DNA of 64,000 nucleotides. Source: a virus. Location of the stretch: the IMG/VR virus record IMGVR_UViG_3300013307_000002, positions 1-64,000 of that record. One strand, 5' to 3'. Position numbers and translations under genes: made by a program. A model generated the notes under the pieces. It was not told the origin of the DNA. It worked only from the letters and a program-made list of their open reading frames with translations, and ran no database searches. Below are positions 9,423-19,397 of this stretch, piece after piece. Each line of letters opens with the position of its first letter. Position 1 is the stretch's first letter.

Positions 9423-11485
9423 TAAGCGCCTCCTGATAAGTTATAGTTAGACATAATTTTATTTATACCTAACTTATTCATTGCTAATTTATCTTTAGGC
9501 TTGTCTACCGTCCATAGAGCTAATCTAATACCTCTATTTCTACACTCTGTCACAACAGCCGCAGTAGTTACTGAGAAGTTAAGCAACAGATAAGCATTAC
9601 CTAAAGCTTGAATCGCATCATAATCAGAAGTAGTAGGAACTGTACCGAATAGAGCGCCAACAGCAATATTTTTATTTAAAGACCTAACCCTTTGCAGATT
9701 ATTAATCTCAAAACCTTGCAACACCACCCTATCTTCCATCTGAGCAGCTACAACATCAGAAACAATCAAATCTACATCGTCGATAGTTCTTATATTTTTA
9801 ATCTCTGGGTAAACCTTGACGCCCTTCAGCTTACAGAAGTTAAGTAGGTCAGCAAACAGAGGGATTCTTTCTCCTGCATAAGCTGGACTGAACTTAGAAC
9901 CAAAATCTAAACCTCTTACATAAGAAGATGTTAGGCTAGTAATTGTACCTGTACCGTTAGAAGTCCTATCAACTGTGGTATCATGCATCAGAACTCTTAC
10001 TCCATCAGAAGTAACAGAGATATCTGTCTCTAAAGAATCTGCTCCAGCTTGTAATGCTGATCTAAAAGCAATCATTGTATTCTCAGGGAACATATTACCA
10101 AAACCTCTATGAGCAATCAGTTCAGGATAATCGTTCTGATCAACAACACCAAGATTAAGTCTTGCAACAGAAGAAGTTTTAGCACCTGTACCACCTTGAG
10201 AAACACTCAGAGCAGTAGTTAGTCCGGTTAAGGATGTAATATCGGAGTTAGCACCCTTCTTAGCATAAGCAGAGAAGTCTAATTCAATATTACCAGTAGC
10301 ATCATCAGGGCTGATACCATTAACAGAAACTACGTAAGGAACTTGAGCAGAAATCTCACCCTTTTCATCCAGAGAGTTTGGAGTTCTTAATGCCTCACCA
10401 GACCACAAAGGTACGCGGAAGGTAGTAGAACCGTCACCTGTTGAGAAGCAGTTCTTTTTACCTGCTTGCCACTCTGCTTCACTGACACTTGGAACATAAC
10501 CAAGATTGATAGCATTCCAAAGGTCTGGATAATCTCTTCTATTATATTCACCACCATTCTGAGGAAGCAGGCCCGGATAGGTAATTGGTTGATCTGGATC
10601 ATATTGGAATAGAACAGTCTCACCTAACCACAGAGATGGGTTCCCTGAAGGGAGGGTAATTTGAACGTTACCAGTATCATCAGGAACAACATTGTTAACT
10701 GTTTTAAGTTTCTTTTCTGAAGAATCTAATTCCAAAGAAAGATTGTTAACAGAACCAGTGACATTATACCAAGTATAAGCAGAAGAACCGTTATCCCAAA
10801 TAAGAACTTTATCCCCAACAGTCCTTTCATTAAGATCTGTATTAGCATCATCTAAACTACGATACACTTTTACAAAACCATCAATTGTTTCTTTACCGGG
10901 AATGTTAGCAATAAGCTCTTCAGCTCTATCTGCCTCAGCTTTAGCTTTTTCTGCCTGAGTAGTAGCATCTGTTACAGCAGCTTCTGCCTTAGTAACACTA
11001 CCTTCAGCTTCGTCAGCAAACCCATCTGCTTCATCTCTATACCCTTTTGCTTCAACAGAAGCTGCTTGAGCTGAATCAGAATAAGACTCGGCTGCTTGTC
11101 TAGCCCCATCTGCTTGCGCAGCAAATTGCTCAGATTTAGCGGCAGCATCTTCAGCTTTCTGAACTACAGCAGCAGCATCATCAATTGCCTGTTGTGCTCT
11201 AGCTACAGCATCATTAGCAACAGCCTCAGCAGCAGCAACCCTAAGCTCCAGCTTCTCTACATTAGATTCTACATCTTTAACACTCTCAAGAATTGTTCTT
11301 GCTTTATCTAATAGCTGGTCAGCACGATTAAGAATATTATCCGCATCCACTAAAGCATCAGCAGCAGCTATGGCATAAAGTCTAGCGTCCTCTGCATATT
11401 CAGCAGCTTGTTTATACCTAATGATATTTGAATCATCAGCACCAAACTGGCCTACATTATTTTCACCTGTATCAAATAAACCCAT
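9422..11485 (-). CDS. tail fibre with C-terminal glycerophosphodiester phosphodiesterase (GDPD) domain
   Basis: Ala-rich coiled coil, collar motif, then 'IAHRG...PENT...LETDISVTSDGVRVLMHD...PEIK...WTVD' GDPD motifs. Confidence 0.85.
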   Translation of the reverse strand: MGLFDTGENNVGQFGADDSNIIRYKQAAEYAEDARLYAIAAADALVDADNILNRADQLLDKARTILESVKDVESNVEKLELRVAAAEAVANDAVARAQQAIDDAAAVVQKAEDAAAKSEQFAAQADGARQAAESYSDSAQAASVEAKGYRDEADGFADEAEGSVTKAEAAVTDATTQAEKAKAEADRAEELIANIPGKETIDGFVKVYRSLDDANTDLNERTVGDKVLIWDNGSSAYTWYNVTGSVNNLSLELDSSEKKLKTVNNVVPDDTGNVQITLPSGNPSLWLGETVLFQYDPDQPITYPGLLPQNGGEYNRRDYPDLWNAINLGYVPSVSEAEWQAGKKNCFSTGDGSTTFRVPLWSGEALRTPNSLDEKGEISAQVPYVVSVNGISPDDATGNIELDFSAYAKKGANSDITSLTGLTTALSVSQGGTGAKTSSVARLNLGVVDQNDYPELIAHRGFGNMFPENTMIAFRSALQAGADSLETDISVTSDGVRVLMHDTTVDRTSNGTGTITSLTSSYVRGLDFGSKFSPAYAGERIPLFADLLNFCKLKGVKVYPEIKNIRTIDDVDLIVSDVVAAQMEDRVVLQGFEINNLQRVRSLNKNIAVGALFGTVPTTSDYDAIQALGNAYLLLNFSVTTAAVVTECRNRGIRLALWTVDKPKDKLAMNKLGINKIMSNYNLSGGA

Positions 11486-11501
11486 CAGATTTCTCCTTCA
11501 A

Positions 11502-11867
11502 TTATTTAGCCACCCAACCTACACTCCCTTCATCTGATTCTTTTACATAGAAGCAAGCATTAGGTTCGCCATCAATCTGACGGTAAGTAGAACCTCTAGT
11601 TGCAACTACCACCCCTTCAGGACTTCCCTCACCATAAAAATCTCCGAGAGTTTCTGTAAACATAAAAGAAGAAGCTGTAATAGTTGATACAGAGATAGAA
11701 CCAGAAGTGATTCCCGATTGTGCAATCTCAGCATACTTCTTAGCATCATCAGCGTAATCCGCAGCTTGTTTATAAGAGTCAATAGTGGCATCAAGAGGGC
11801 CATACTGGCCCACGTTATTAATTAGATTAATAGCTTTGTCCAACAGTATTCTATCTGGAGTAGCCAT
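11502..11867 (-). CDS. miniature tailspike-like protein (anchor plus C-terminal tip)
   Basis: N-terminus paralogous to the fibre at 9422-11485; C-terminus 'GSPEGVVVATRGSTYRQIDG...YVKES...GWVAK' is typical of tailspike ends. Confidence 0.55.
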   Translation of the reverse strand: MATPDRILLDKAINLINNVGQYGPLDATIDSYKQAADYADDAKKYAEIAQSGITSGSISVSTITASSFMFTETLGDFYGEGSPEGVVVATRGSTYRQIDGEPNACFYVKESDEGSVGWVAK

Positions 11868-11880
11868 GTAATTCTCCTTC

Positions 11881-12609
11881 TTATTTGTTATAATCTACAC
11901 CATAGCTGATAGCTCTTCTGCCAAGCATGTCATAAGAGTTAGGAATAACTAGAGGACTACCAGAATATTCTGCCATGTCTGCTTGTTTCTGAATATCGAG
12001 CATAGAAGCTGATGCTAAAGCACTCCATTTCTGAACGCCATTATCGTCCTGAACAAATAGAGCCGCATGTTTAAGTGCAGTATAAAGCATTAACTCTGGG
12101 GCGTTGGTGAGAATTGCACATGAATCAGAATCACTCTTCATCTCAGCAGTATCTCTGTAATAAGAACAAAGAACTTCATTACCAGTAAGCTCTGTTCCTT
12201 GTGGAATAGTTGCAGTAATTGGTGGATAGAAATAAAACCTTCCTGTACTTCTAGCCCAAACAATTTCACTTTCATTGAAAGATGTGGAATGAGTAGTCTT
12301 ACCTCTTCTTAACCAATCAAGTTCTTCCAGAGAAGTTACTCTGAAAATCTGACCAGTCTCAGCTTTCATAATATAGTTAACTTGAAGCAAGTCAGTAGGA
12401 ATATAAGCCATCCCATTTGTAATCTTCAAGTAAATCTCTCTTTCGAATCTTGGGATTCTTACTGCTCTATAGATTTCTTTCTCAGCGAAGTTAATAAAGT
12501 TAGGAATCTGATCTACAAATTCATCATCATCTCTATCAGCCCAAAGAGCTACGGCAGCTTTTAAATCACCATATGTGCGAAGTTGAGAAGGAACAGAAGG
12601 CATTGCCAT
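11881..12609 (-). CDS. head-tail adaptor / tail tubular protein A-like
   Basis: position after capsid; 'TYGDLKAAVALWADRDD...IPNFINFAEKEIYR' and 'PELMLYTALKHA' adaptor-type motifs. Confidence 0.75.
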   Translation of the reverse strand: MAMPSVPSQLRTYGDLKAAVALWADRDDDEFVDQIPNFINFAEKEIYRAVRIPRFEREIYLKITNGMAYIPTDLLQVNYIMKAETGQIFRVTSLEELDWLRRGKTTHSTSFNESEIVWARSTGRFYFYPPITATIPQGTELTGNEVLCSYYRDTAEMKSDSDSCAILTNAPELMLYTALKHAALFVQDDNGVQKWSALASASMLDIQKQADMAEYSGSPLVIPNSYDMLGRRAISYGVDYNK

Positions 12610-12679
12610 AGTTGTCTCTCCTTAGTTGTAAGTCTAGTTTATATTCATTAGTTTAATTAGTATACTAGTGCTAGAAACG

Positions 12680-12711
12680 AAAAAAGCCCCAACCATTTCT
12701 GGAAGGGGCTT
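12680..12711 (-). terminator. rho-independent terminator after capsid/Ig gene
   Basis: minus strand reads AAGCCCC...GGGGCTTTTTT. Confidence 0.8.
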
Positions 12712-12729
12712 GAAGTATTACGTTCTAAC

Positions 12730-13244
12730 TTACGCTGGGTCGGTAACGGTGATAGCTGAAGTATCTGTTTTGCTACCATCAGTAGTTGTTACTGTGATAG
12801 TTGCAGTACCTGCTTTAACACCAGTCACTAAACCAGAGCCACTAACCGTTGCTACAGATGTATCAGAAGACTTGTAAGTTACAGCCTTGTTAGATGCACC
12901 AGAAGGAGCTACAGTTGGTGTTAGTTGACGTGTTGCGCCAACCTCGATTGAGGCGGTCTTAGGAGAGATTGTTACTCCACTCACGGGAGTGGTTACAGTA
13001 ACAGTCGCCGTGCCCTTGATAGTGCCGTCTACGGTTGAAGTTGCCGTGATAGTAGCTGTACCATTAGCTACTGCGGTTACTAAACCAGAAGCATTCACTG
13101 TTGCGGTTGCTGCTGAAGAAGTAGACCATGTAACATTCTGATCTGCGTCGCTAGGGGCTACAGTCGCGGTTAACTGACGAGTAGCACCAACAGCCAAGTT
13201 ATTAGTTGCTGGAGCTACCGTTACGCCCGTAGGGACGCTTACGC
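12730..13244 (-). CDS. Ig-like (2x Big_2) capsid extension, probably expressed by -1 frameshift
   Basis: -1 frame is open across the capsid stop and reads 'GVSVPTGVTVAPATNNLAVGATRQL'; no RBS before the nominal TTG at 13197. Confidence 0.8.
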
Positions 13245-14171
13245 CTTTACCTTCAGGATGCCAGAGGCGAATGGGTTGCGGTGACGCAGACCAACTTCCA
13301 TCTCAATCATCCACTTCTCATAAGAGCCGTCTTTCGCCAGTTCAGTACGCTTAGGAGCGCGCAGAACCATCTGAGTCCAGTCAGAAGCGCGGAAGAAGTA
13401 GATTGCATCTTCAGGCATCCAACGGTTAACAACGATCTTATAAGTCTGACCGAGTGGGTCAGTGATGGTATTAACCTGCTTAACGAACTGCTTGGTATTC
13501 TCGAACAGACGAACGCGAGTTGCACCACCAGCACCACCTTTCTCTTGCAGGTCAGCGAACTGAGTTGCAAATTTAGGGTGAATCATGATGATATCTGCTT
13601 CAGAACCAGCGGTATACAGTTGCAGGGTAATATCGAACAGCTCGTCTTCGGTGAATACACCAGAAGCAGCGGTTTCTTTATGAACAACAGCACCGGTATC
13701 CGGGTCAACAGCATTCAGGTCAGCTACGAGAGCTTGGAAGCCAGCAGTCTTACGAGCTACAGAGCTTGAACCTACAACCATTTCCTGATCGGACAGAAGA
13801 ATAACTTCTAAGTCACGTTTCAGTTCCTTACCTTTCTTCTCCATCTGATACATCAGCTCACGACCACGTCCATAGTTAGCCAGAGTGTTAGCAGTATCAG
13901 AAACTTTAACAACCTTACGCAGAATCTGAGTAACGTTATTCAGTACAGTGGTAGAACCGAGTTCACCGTCTACAGCAGCCGAACCTTCAACAACAGCGTT
14001 GTCTTCGTCCACAGCAGCAAGACTGTCAGTCTGCCATTGGAACAGGGTCTGGTTGATGGATTCTTTACCAGTCATAGACACAAAAGGAGTGTCCTCTGGA
14101 GAGATCATAGAGATCCAGTTTGCGAATGAAAGTTTTTTACCATTCTGATCATATGATACTAAAGTAGCCAT
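13239..14171 (-). CDS. major capsid protein
   Basis: 'ISMISPEDTPFVSM...FQWQTDSL...NNVTQILRK' (SU10/phiEco32-type capsid); position after scaffold. Confidence 0.9.
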   Translation of the reverse strand: MATLVSYDQNGKKLSFANWISMISPEDTPFVSMTGKESINQTLFQWQTDSLAAVDEDNAVVEGSAAVDGELGSTTVLNNVTQILRKVVKVSDTANTLANYGRGRELMYQMEKKGKELKRDLEVILLSDQEMVVGSSSVARKTAGFQALVADLNAVDPDTGAVVHKETAASGVFTEDELFDITLQLYTAGSEADIIMIHPKFATQFADLQEKGGAGGATRVRLFENTKQFVKQVNTITDPLGQTYKIVVNRWMPEDAIYFFRASDWTQMVLRAPKRTELAKDGSYEKWMIEMEVGLRHRNPFASGILKVKA

Positions 14172-14209
14172 ATATTTTTATCTCCTATCATAACTTTTAT
14201 TTTTAGTCA

Positions 14210-15265
14210 TTAGTCAATTAGATGATTGAATGCATCACTGTTCGACATACGACCCTCTGAGTACGCCTTAGCGGCGGCTGCTTTTTTGTCGCCAGTACCC
14301 GATTGCTTGTTACCAGACTTCATAACTTTCTTCGGAGCACCAACTTTCTTAATCTTCGCTACTACGCGCTGCGCACCTTTATCAAACTGATAAGCTTTGT
14401 ACAGAGCAAGGAATACCGAAGGACGGTTCTCTTTAAGAATCTCTTCTTCTGATGAACCTAGATCAATTGCGTATTGCAGAAGATTCTGATACAGTGGTTC
14501 ATCCCAATTAGGAATTGACTTCTTGAGTACCTGAACACACTCGACGCTACGAGCACGATACGCTTCCTGCTCTTTTTCTTCTGCCTCACGGGCCAAGCGC
14601 TGCTGCGCATCGACGAGCTGTTGTTTTCTGTCTTTGTATCTGTCTAGGAATCTGCGATTCTCAACATAACCCTGTGGGTCTTCCTGAGCCAGCTTATCCC
14701 AATCAAAACCTTCGTAATCAGAAATTACTCGGTCTGCTTCTAGCTGAGCTAGGGACAGTACATCTTTAAGACCTGAAACTTTTTCTTCGAAGACTTTAGC
14801 GTTATTTTCTAACTCTTCGAATTTAGAATTGATATCCGAACCATTCATGTATCCATTAGACAGTTCTTCAATAGTCATTTCACGACCATCTGGCAGAGTG
14901 ATTACAGTATCGAAGTCAACATCAACTGCGTCGCCTTCTTCATACTCATACTCTTCATCAGATTCGTCCGCATCACCAGTGCCTTCTTCATCTTCGTCTG
15001 AATCTTCTGATTCATCTTCCGACTCGTCTTCACCTTCTTCAGCATCTTCTTCGTCTTCTGACTCGAAACCATCTTCATCTTCGAATACAGGGTTATTATC
15101 ATCAATACCTTCAAAGCCTTCGATGCCTTCATCAGCAAACTCTTCAGGATCTTCTTCGATAACAACTTCTGGTTCTTTATTAGCTTGGTAATTTTTCAGG
15201 TCTTCCGCAAAGGAGCCTTTCATATCTTCAAGCTGCATAAACATTTCAAAATTATCTTGTGGCAT
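14210..15265 (-). CDS. scaffolding protein
   Basis: extremely acidic N-half and coiled coil, between portal and capsid. Confidence 0.8.
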   Translation of the reverse strand: MPQDNFEMFMQLEDMKGSFAEDLKNYQANKEPEVVIEEDPEEFADEGIEGFEGIDDNNPVFEDEDGFESEDEEDAEEGEDESEDESEDSDEDEEGTGDADESDEEYEYEEGDAVDVDFDTVITLPDGREMTIEELSNGYMNGSDINSKFEELENNAKVFEEKVSGLKDVLSLAQLEADRVISDYEGFDWDKLAQEDPQGYVENRRFLDRYKDRKQQLVDAQQRLAREAEEKEQEAYRARSVECVQVLKKSIPNWDEPLYQNLLQYAIDLGSSEEEILKENRPSVFLALYKAYQFDKGAQRVVAKIKKVGAPKKVMKSGNKQSGTGDKKAAAAKAYSEGRMSNSDAFNHLID

Positions 15266-15486
15266 TATTCAACTTCCTTATCAGCATCATTAATGGCTGC
15301 TCTAATGACCTCTTTAAGCCTACCGATTAATTGATATTGCGTATATAAGTCTTCGCGTTTTCTACTCTCTTGGGGTAGTGTAGTAACTATCTCTTTTGAG
15401 AGCTTTTCTTTTAATGCCTCTAATGCTGCTGAAAGACTTCCGTTTTGGTCAATGGCGGCAAAAGCCGCCTTGTGTTCTCTATTCAA
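15265..15486 (-). CDS. small head-morphogenesis region protein
   Basis: 73-aa helical ORF with AAGGAG RBS between portal and scaffold. Confidence 0.55.
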   Translation of the reverse strand: MNREHKAAFAAIDQNGSLSAALEALKEKLSKEIVTTLPQESRKREDLYTQYQLIGRLKEVIRAAINDADKEVE

Positions 15487-15509
15487 AATTTATACTCCTT
15501 ATTCATTCA

Positions 15510-17753
15510 TCAATCTTCTGCGTTAGTATCATCTTTTTTAGAAGATTTACGCTTAGATGCTTTTGATTGCGTCTGTGCGTCACGCTGAAGCTTAATTCCT
15601 TCATAAGCTTGGTTTGCACTATGTACAATCTTGTGAGCTTGCAGCTGTCCATTCAGGTTGATCTCCAGCTCCTTGAGAGTAGACTCATACTGACGAACCT
15701 GATGTTGCATAAGAGCTAAGTTGTGTTTCATCTGCTCTACAGCTGCATCGTTATCAGTCTTACGATTCTCCAGAGACATTCTATCCGCCGACTCTTCTTG
15801 CTTGTATTGAAGCTCAGTATTCTTCTGTTGAGTTTCATCAGCAGCTTTCTGTTGCTTGAAGGCAAGTTCATTCTCAGCAAGCATACCATCATGACCAATC
15901 TTCTGTACCTGAGCATTAAGCAAATCAACTTGAGCTTTAAGCTGTTGAATCTGTAGAATCTCAGCAGGTTGTGGTTGTGGTGGTTGATACTGCTCAAGTG
16001 GCATAATATAGTTATGAATATCATCAATACCCATAAGTCTCATAATCTCAGCAGTCATATACCTATCTTGTTCCATTGTAAACAGAGGAGCAATAGTAGG
16101 ATCTTGCTGAAGCATACCTTTGATTGTCATTAAGTTTGATGCACGTTGCTGCTTCTCACTAGGGGAGATAGCTACGCTAGTAATGATATTCTCACGAGGA
16201 GGTAGTTGCTTAGGATTAATCTGTGCTAAACCTTTAGAAGTCTGGATGGTCAGAATAGACTCACCATTCTCTCTGAAGAGTTTATAGATAGATTTCATTA
16301 ATCCAGTCATACCACCATTAGCAATGTTACGGCTCACCATACGGATACGGTTTTGAGCTGCGTTCATCATTAAACCAACAGTCGCATAAGCATTATCATT
16401 TTTAAATACATCAGGGTTAATACCCATACCAAGACGAGTAACACCTGTACGCACTTCTTTCACTTCATCAGTCATTCCAAGTAATTGGTCAATACCATTA
16501 GGCAGACTATGATAAGGGAAAAGATTAACTGCATCAGGTCTTTCCATTTCGACAACACCACCGGGTCTGTTATCCAAGAGGGAACGTCTATCGTAAGCAC
16601 CCTGAATAGCAGTGTAGCGTCCATAGTTAGCATTATTGACGTTATCAATATAACCACGAATAATAGCAGTACGGAGATCTTGAATATCTTTAGTAATGTC
16701 GTAGATAGACTCACCGAAGATTGCTCCCGGAATTGGATAAGGGGTGAATGTTTCAAACGGAATGTCATTTACTTCGTTAACTTCAAGGACAATGCCGCCA
16801 GCTTCAAACACTTGGTAAAGCCTAACGTTGTTATTGGAGTCCAAAGAAGAAGTACGAATGTAATGTTCATAAACCCAGATCCTCGCAGCTAAGTCTTGAC
16901 TGTCTGTACCAATGTCATTATCTAAATCAACACGCCAGTCAGTACGTGACCAAGTAACGGTGGTTCTATTTGTATCCTCGTTAGGAGAATACTCTTGCAT
17001 GGAATCAAGTTCATCTTCAGGGAAGCCCATGTCCAGCAATTCGCGTTTAGTTTTTCGAGTACGATGGCAGAAGTAAGTTGCATCTTGGATGTTAACTGCG
17101 AATTCATCAATTAAGATTTCTTCGATAGGTGTATATTCTACACGCACACGTTTAACATCTAGGACGTAGCTAATAGTTGCATCTACCAAACCTTCTGGAT
17201 GCTCTTCTTCTGGTTCATTGATGGTTACTTCAACATCACGAACACCAGCAGCTTCAAGTCCGTCAACATATGAGTTGAGTTCTTGCGGGTTGACACCTTC
17301 CACATCTTCAGTGAGTGCTTTAGATTCAACATTCCAATAACGTTTGATAAAAGAGTTACGAGTGACTAAGCACTCTTTCAAAGCAGATTGTAAAATATTA
17401 TACCCATCATTATCTCTGAGTAAGATTTGGTTTACAGTCTGCGTTGCAACTTTAGCAGCGTCGCTATCTCTCTCGTCTACGCTAGCAAAAACTACAGCAT
17501 CTTCACCTGTGGTGAAAACGTTGAGCAGATCTTGGAGTGTACCGTTTACAGTTTCCCATACAGTGCGGTCAACATACTTAGAACCACCGGCAGTTACAGC
17601 AGCAGGCAGGTTGCCATAGTAATATTCCCACGCTTCACGGGCGTAACCAGTGACTGCTGTGTTCATGTAATCTTGAGCTGAGTTACGGTGCTTATCTAAA
17701 GCTACCTTCAGTTCATCTTTCTGGTCTTCAGTAAGGTTAAGACTCATGTACAC
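15510..17753 (-). CDS. portal protein
   Basis: 747 aa directly after terL; 'YFCHR', 'GESIYD...DIQ' and a long C-terminal coiled-coil barrel. Confidence 0.88.
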   Translation of the reverse strand: MYMSLNLTEDQKDELKVALDKHRNSAQDYMNTAVTGYAREAWEYYYGNLPAAVTAGGSKYVDRTVWETVNGTLQDLLNVFTTGEDAVVFASVDERDSDAAKVATQTVNQILLRDNDGYNILQSALKECLVTRNSFIKRYWNVESKALTEDVEGVNPQELNSYVDGLEAAGVRDVEVTINEPEEEHPEGLVDATISYVLDVKRVRVEYTPIEEILIDEFAVNIQDATYFCHRTRKTKRELLDMGFPEDELDSMQEYSPNEDTNRTTVTWSRTDWRVDLDNDIGTDSQDLAARIWVYEHYIRTSSLDSNNNVRLYQVFEAGGIVLEVNEVNDIPFETFTPYPIPGAIFGESIYDITKDIQDLRTAIIRGYIDNVNNANYGRYTAIQGAYDRRSLLDNRPGGVVEMERPDAVNLFPYHSLPNGIDQLLGMTDEVKEVRTGVTRLGMGINPDVFKNDNAYATVGLMMNAAQNRIRMVSRNIANGGMTGLMKSIYKLFRENGESILTIQTSKGLAQINPKQLPPRENIITSVAISPSEKQQRASNLMTIKGMLQQDPTIAPLFTMEQDRYMTAEIMRLMGIDDIHNYIMPLEQYQPPQPQPAEILQIQQLKAQVDLLNAQVQKIGHDGMLAENELAFKQQKAADETQQKNTELQYKQEESADRMSLENRKTDNDAAVEQMKHNLALMQHQVRQYESTLKELEINLNGQLQAHKIVHSANQAYEGIKLQRDAQTQSKASKRKSSKKDDTNAED

Positions 17754-17819
17754 ATTTCTCCTTAAGAAAAAGTAGGGGAGTTCCGGTTAACTAATCTCCA
17801 GCACCCCTCCCCTTAAATA

Positions 17820-19331
17820 TTAATAGCTACTATTCCAACGACTAATGTTATCATTATACGCTGAAGTGTAACCGTGGTTCGCATCATTCTTAGAAACACC
17901 ACGATGTGTTACAGACATTGCTGAATATCTCATGGCATCCATAGTATCGTCGAAGGTCTTAACAACTTTGCCCTCGTTACGATGATAGCGAGCCTTCTCT
18001 TCAAAAACTCTATGACAGTGATTAAAGACTTTGAAACGACCAGTCTTCATACGTTCACGAATCTCCATGATTCCCGGCTCAACATAATTGTTCTTCTTAC
18101 CATCCATTCCAATTTTGTTATAGAAGGTTTCATGTTTCGCATTAACACCTGCATTTACATAATATTGGGCTACGGACATACCGCTTCCTCGCTCCATATT
18201 CTGTGAGTCATGCGGCAGAACAACAGGTATCCAATTACCCCTCGCGTTAATTGCATGTGCGTGTAAGGCAGGAACTCCGCCATCTGCGTGATATGCGTCA
18301 TAAATATAAATAACATCGGAATCAGGATCGTACGCTGACCAAACAACTGCTGTATCGTGAGTAATACCAATATCGACACCAGCAACACGACGCCAGTGAT
18401 CAGGGATTGGGAACGATTCACAACGAATCATTTCATCTGACACGTCATAGATTAGACCACTACCCATAACTGGTTCACCTCTTGAACGCATCTGAACTTG
18501 CCAGTCTGGAATAGCCGCTAACATATTTTTAATATCTTCCTCAGTGATATGCGGAGCATCCCACCAAGTTGCATTTTGCCAATAGAGATCCCCATCTTTG
18601 TTGACCATGAACTTATCAACTAACTCAGTACGTCCGTTCTCTGGTGTAGCTGTTAACACTACCAAGCCTCTTGTTGTCAGAGTACGTGTAACACACTGAG
18701 AAAAGATGTTCATGCTATCGTAGGGATCTTCTTCATCTAGCCAAATGAAATCTACTGTAGCACCCATGAGTGCGTGTTCACCCTGTTGGGTAGAACGGAA
18801 TTCTAATGTACTTGTTCCATCAAATTCGCCTCTCGCGTTGAAGTGTTTAACTTGTACAATTAGAATCTTGTTACCATCTTTTTCTATTGTGTCAAAGTCG
18901 ATGCAGTCACGCGGGATAGCTCCTGTACCAAGTGCTCCCAAATCTTTGGCTACCGGCGTACCGAACAATTCTTTTTGCAGAACCTTTCTTGTTGAGTCTC
19001 CAGTAATACCAACTGCCCAAGCGAGGATGGGCTTATTAAACCTATGACCAGTCCACCACGTTGGATACCTTCCGGTTAAATGACATGCCATCTCATATGC
19101 TTCACTGTAGGATTTCCCGACACGGTTAGCTGCACAGAGAAACCTAAAGCGATAGTCTTTGCTAGCACTATAGAATTGTTTTTGAAAATCGTAAGCATGG
19201 AAGTAATTCATCTTGTTATACTTCCGAAGGTTTTCCTTTTCCTGTAGCATTCGGAACAACTCAGCCTTTTGTTCTTTATTCATTGTTCTCAGTGCGATTT
19301 CAATTTCTTGTGATAAATCAATATTAGACAT
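17820..19331 (-). CDS. terL: terminase large subunit
   Basis: Walker A 'AANRVGKS', Walker B 'FIWLDEE', 'LTATP', nuclease 'GVDIG' and 'DDTMDAMRY'. Confidence 0.95.
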   Translation of the reverse strand: MSNIDLSQEIEIALRTMNKEQKAELFRMLQEKENLRKYNKMNYFHAYDFQKQFYSASKDYRFRFLCAANRVGKSYSEAYEMACHLTGRYPTWWTGHRFNKPILAWAVGITGDSTRKVLQKELFGTPVAKDLGALGTGAIPRDCIDFDTIEKDGNKILIVQVKHFNARGEFDGTSTLEFRSTQQGEHALMGATVDFIWLDEEDPYDSMNIFSQCVTRTLTTRGLVVLTATPENGRTELVDKFMVNKDGDLYWQNATWWDAPHITEEDIKNMLAAIPDWQVQMRSRGEPVMGSGLIYDVSDEMIRCESFPIPDHWRRVAGVDIGITHDTAVVWSAYDPDSDVIYIYDAYHADGGVPALHAHAINARGNWIPVVLPHDSQNMERGSGMSVAQYYVNAGVNAKHETFYNKIGMDGKKNNYVEPGIMEIRERMKTGRFKVFNHCHRVFEEKARYHRNEGKVVKTFDDTMDAMRYSAMSVTHRGVSKNDANHGYTSAYNDNISRWNSSY

Positions 19332-19347
19332 CTTTCCTCCATCCATG

Positions 19348-19382
19348 AAAAAAGGGCTAGACCCTGTATTAGAGCTAGCCCC
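19348..19382 (-). terminator. terminator-like hairpin between terS and terL
   Basis: minus strand GGGCTAG-loop-CTAGCCC followed by TTTTTT. Confidence 0.65.
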
Positions 19383-19397
19383 TTCCTATATTAACCT

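Noticed and set aside
14829-15191. Ser-rich 120-aa plus-strand ORF
   Set aside because: Antisense shadow of the Glu/Asp-rich scaffold gene
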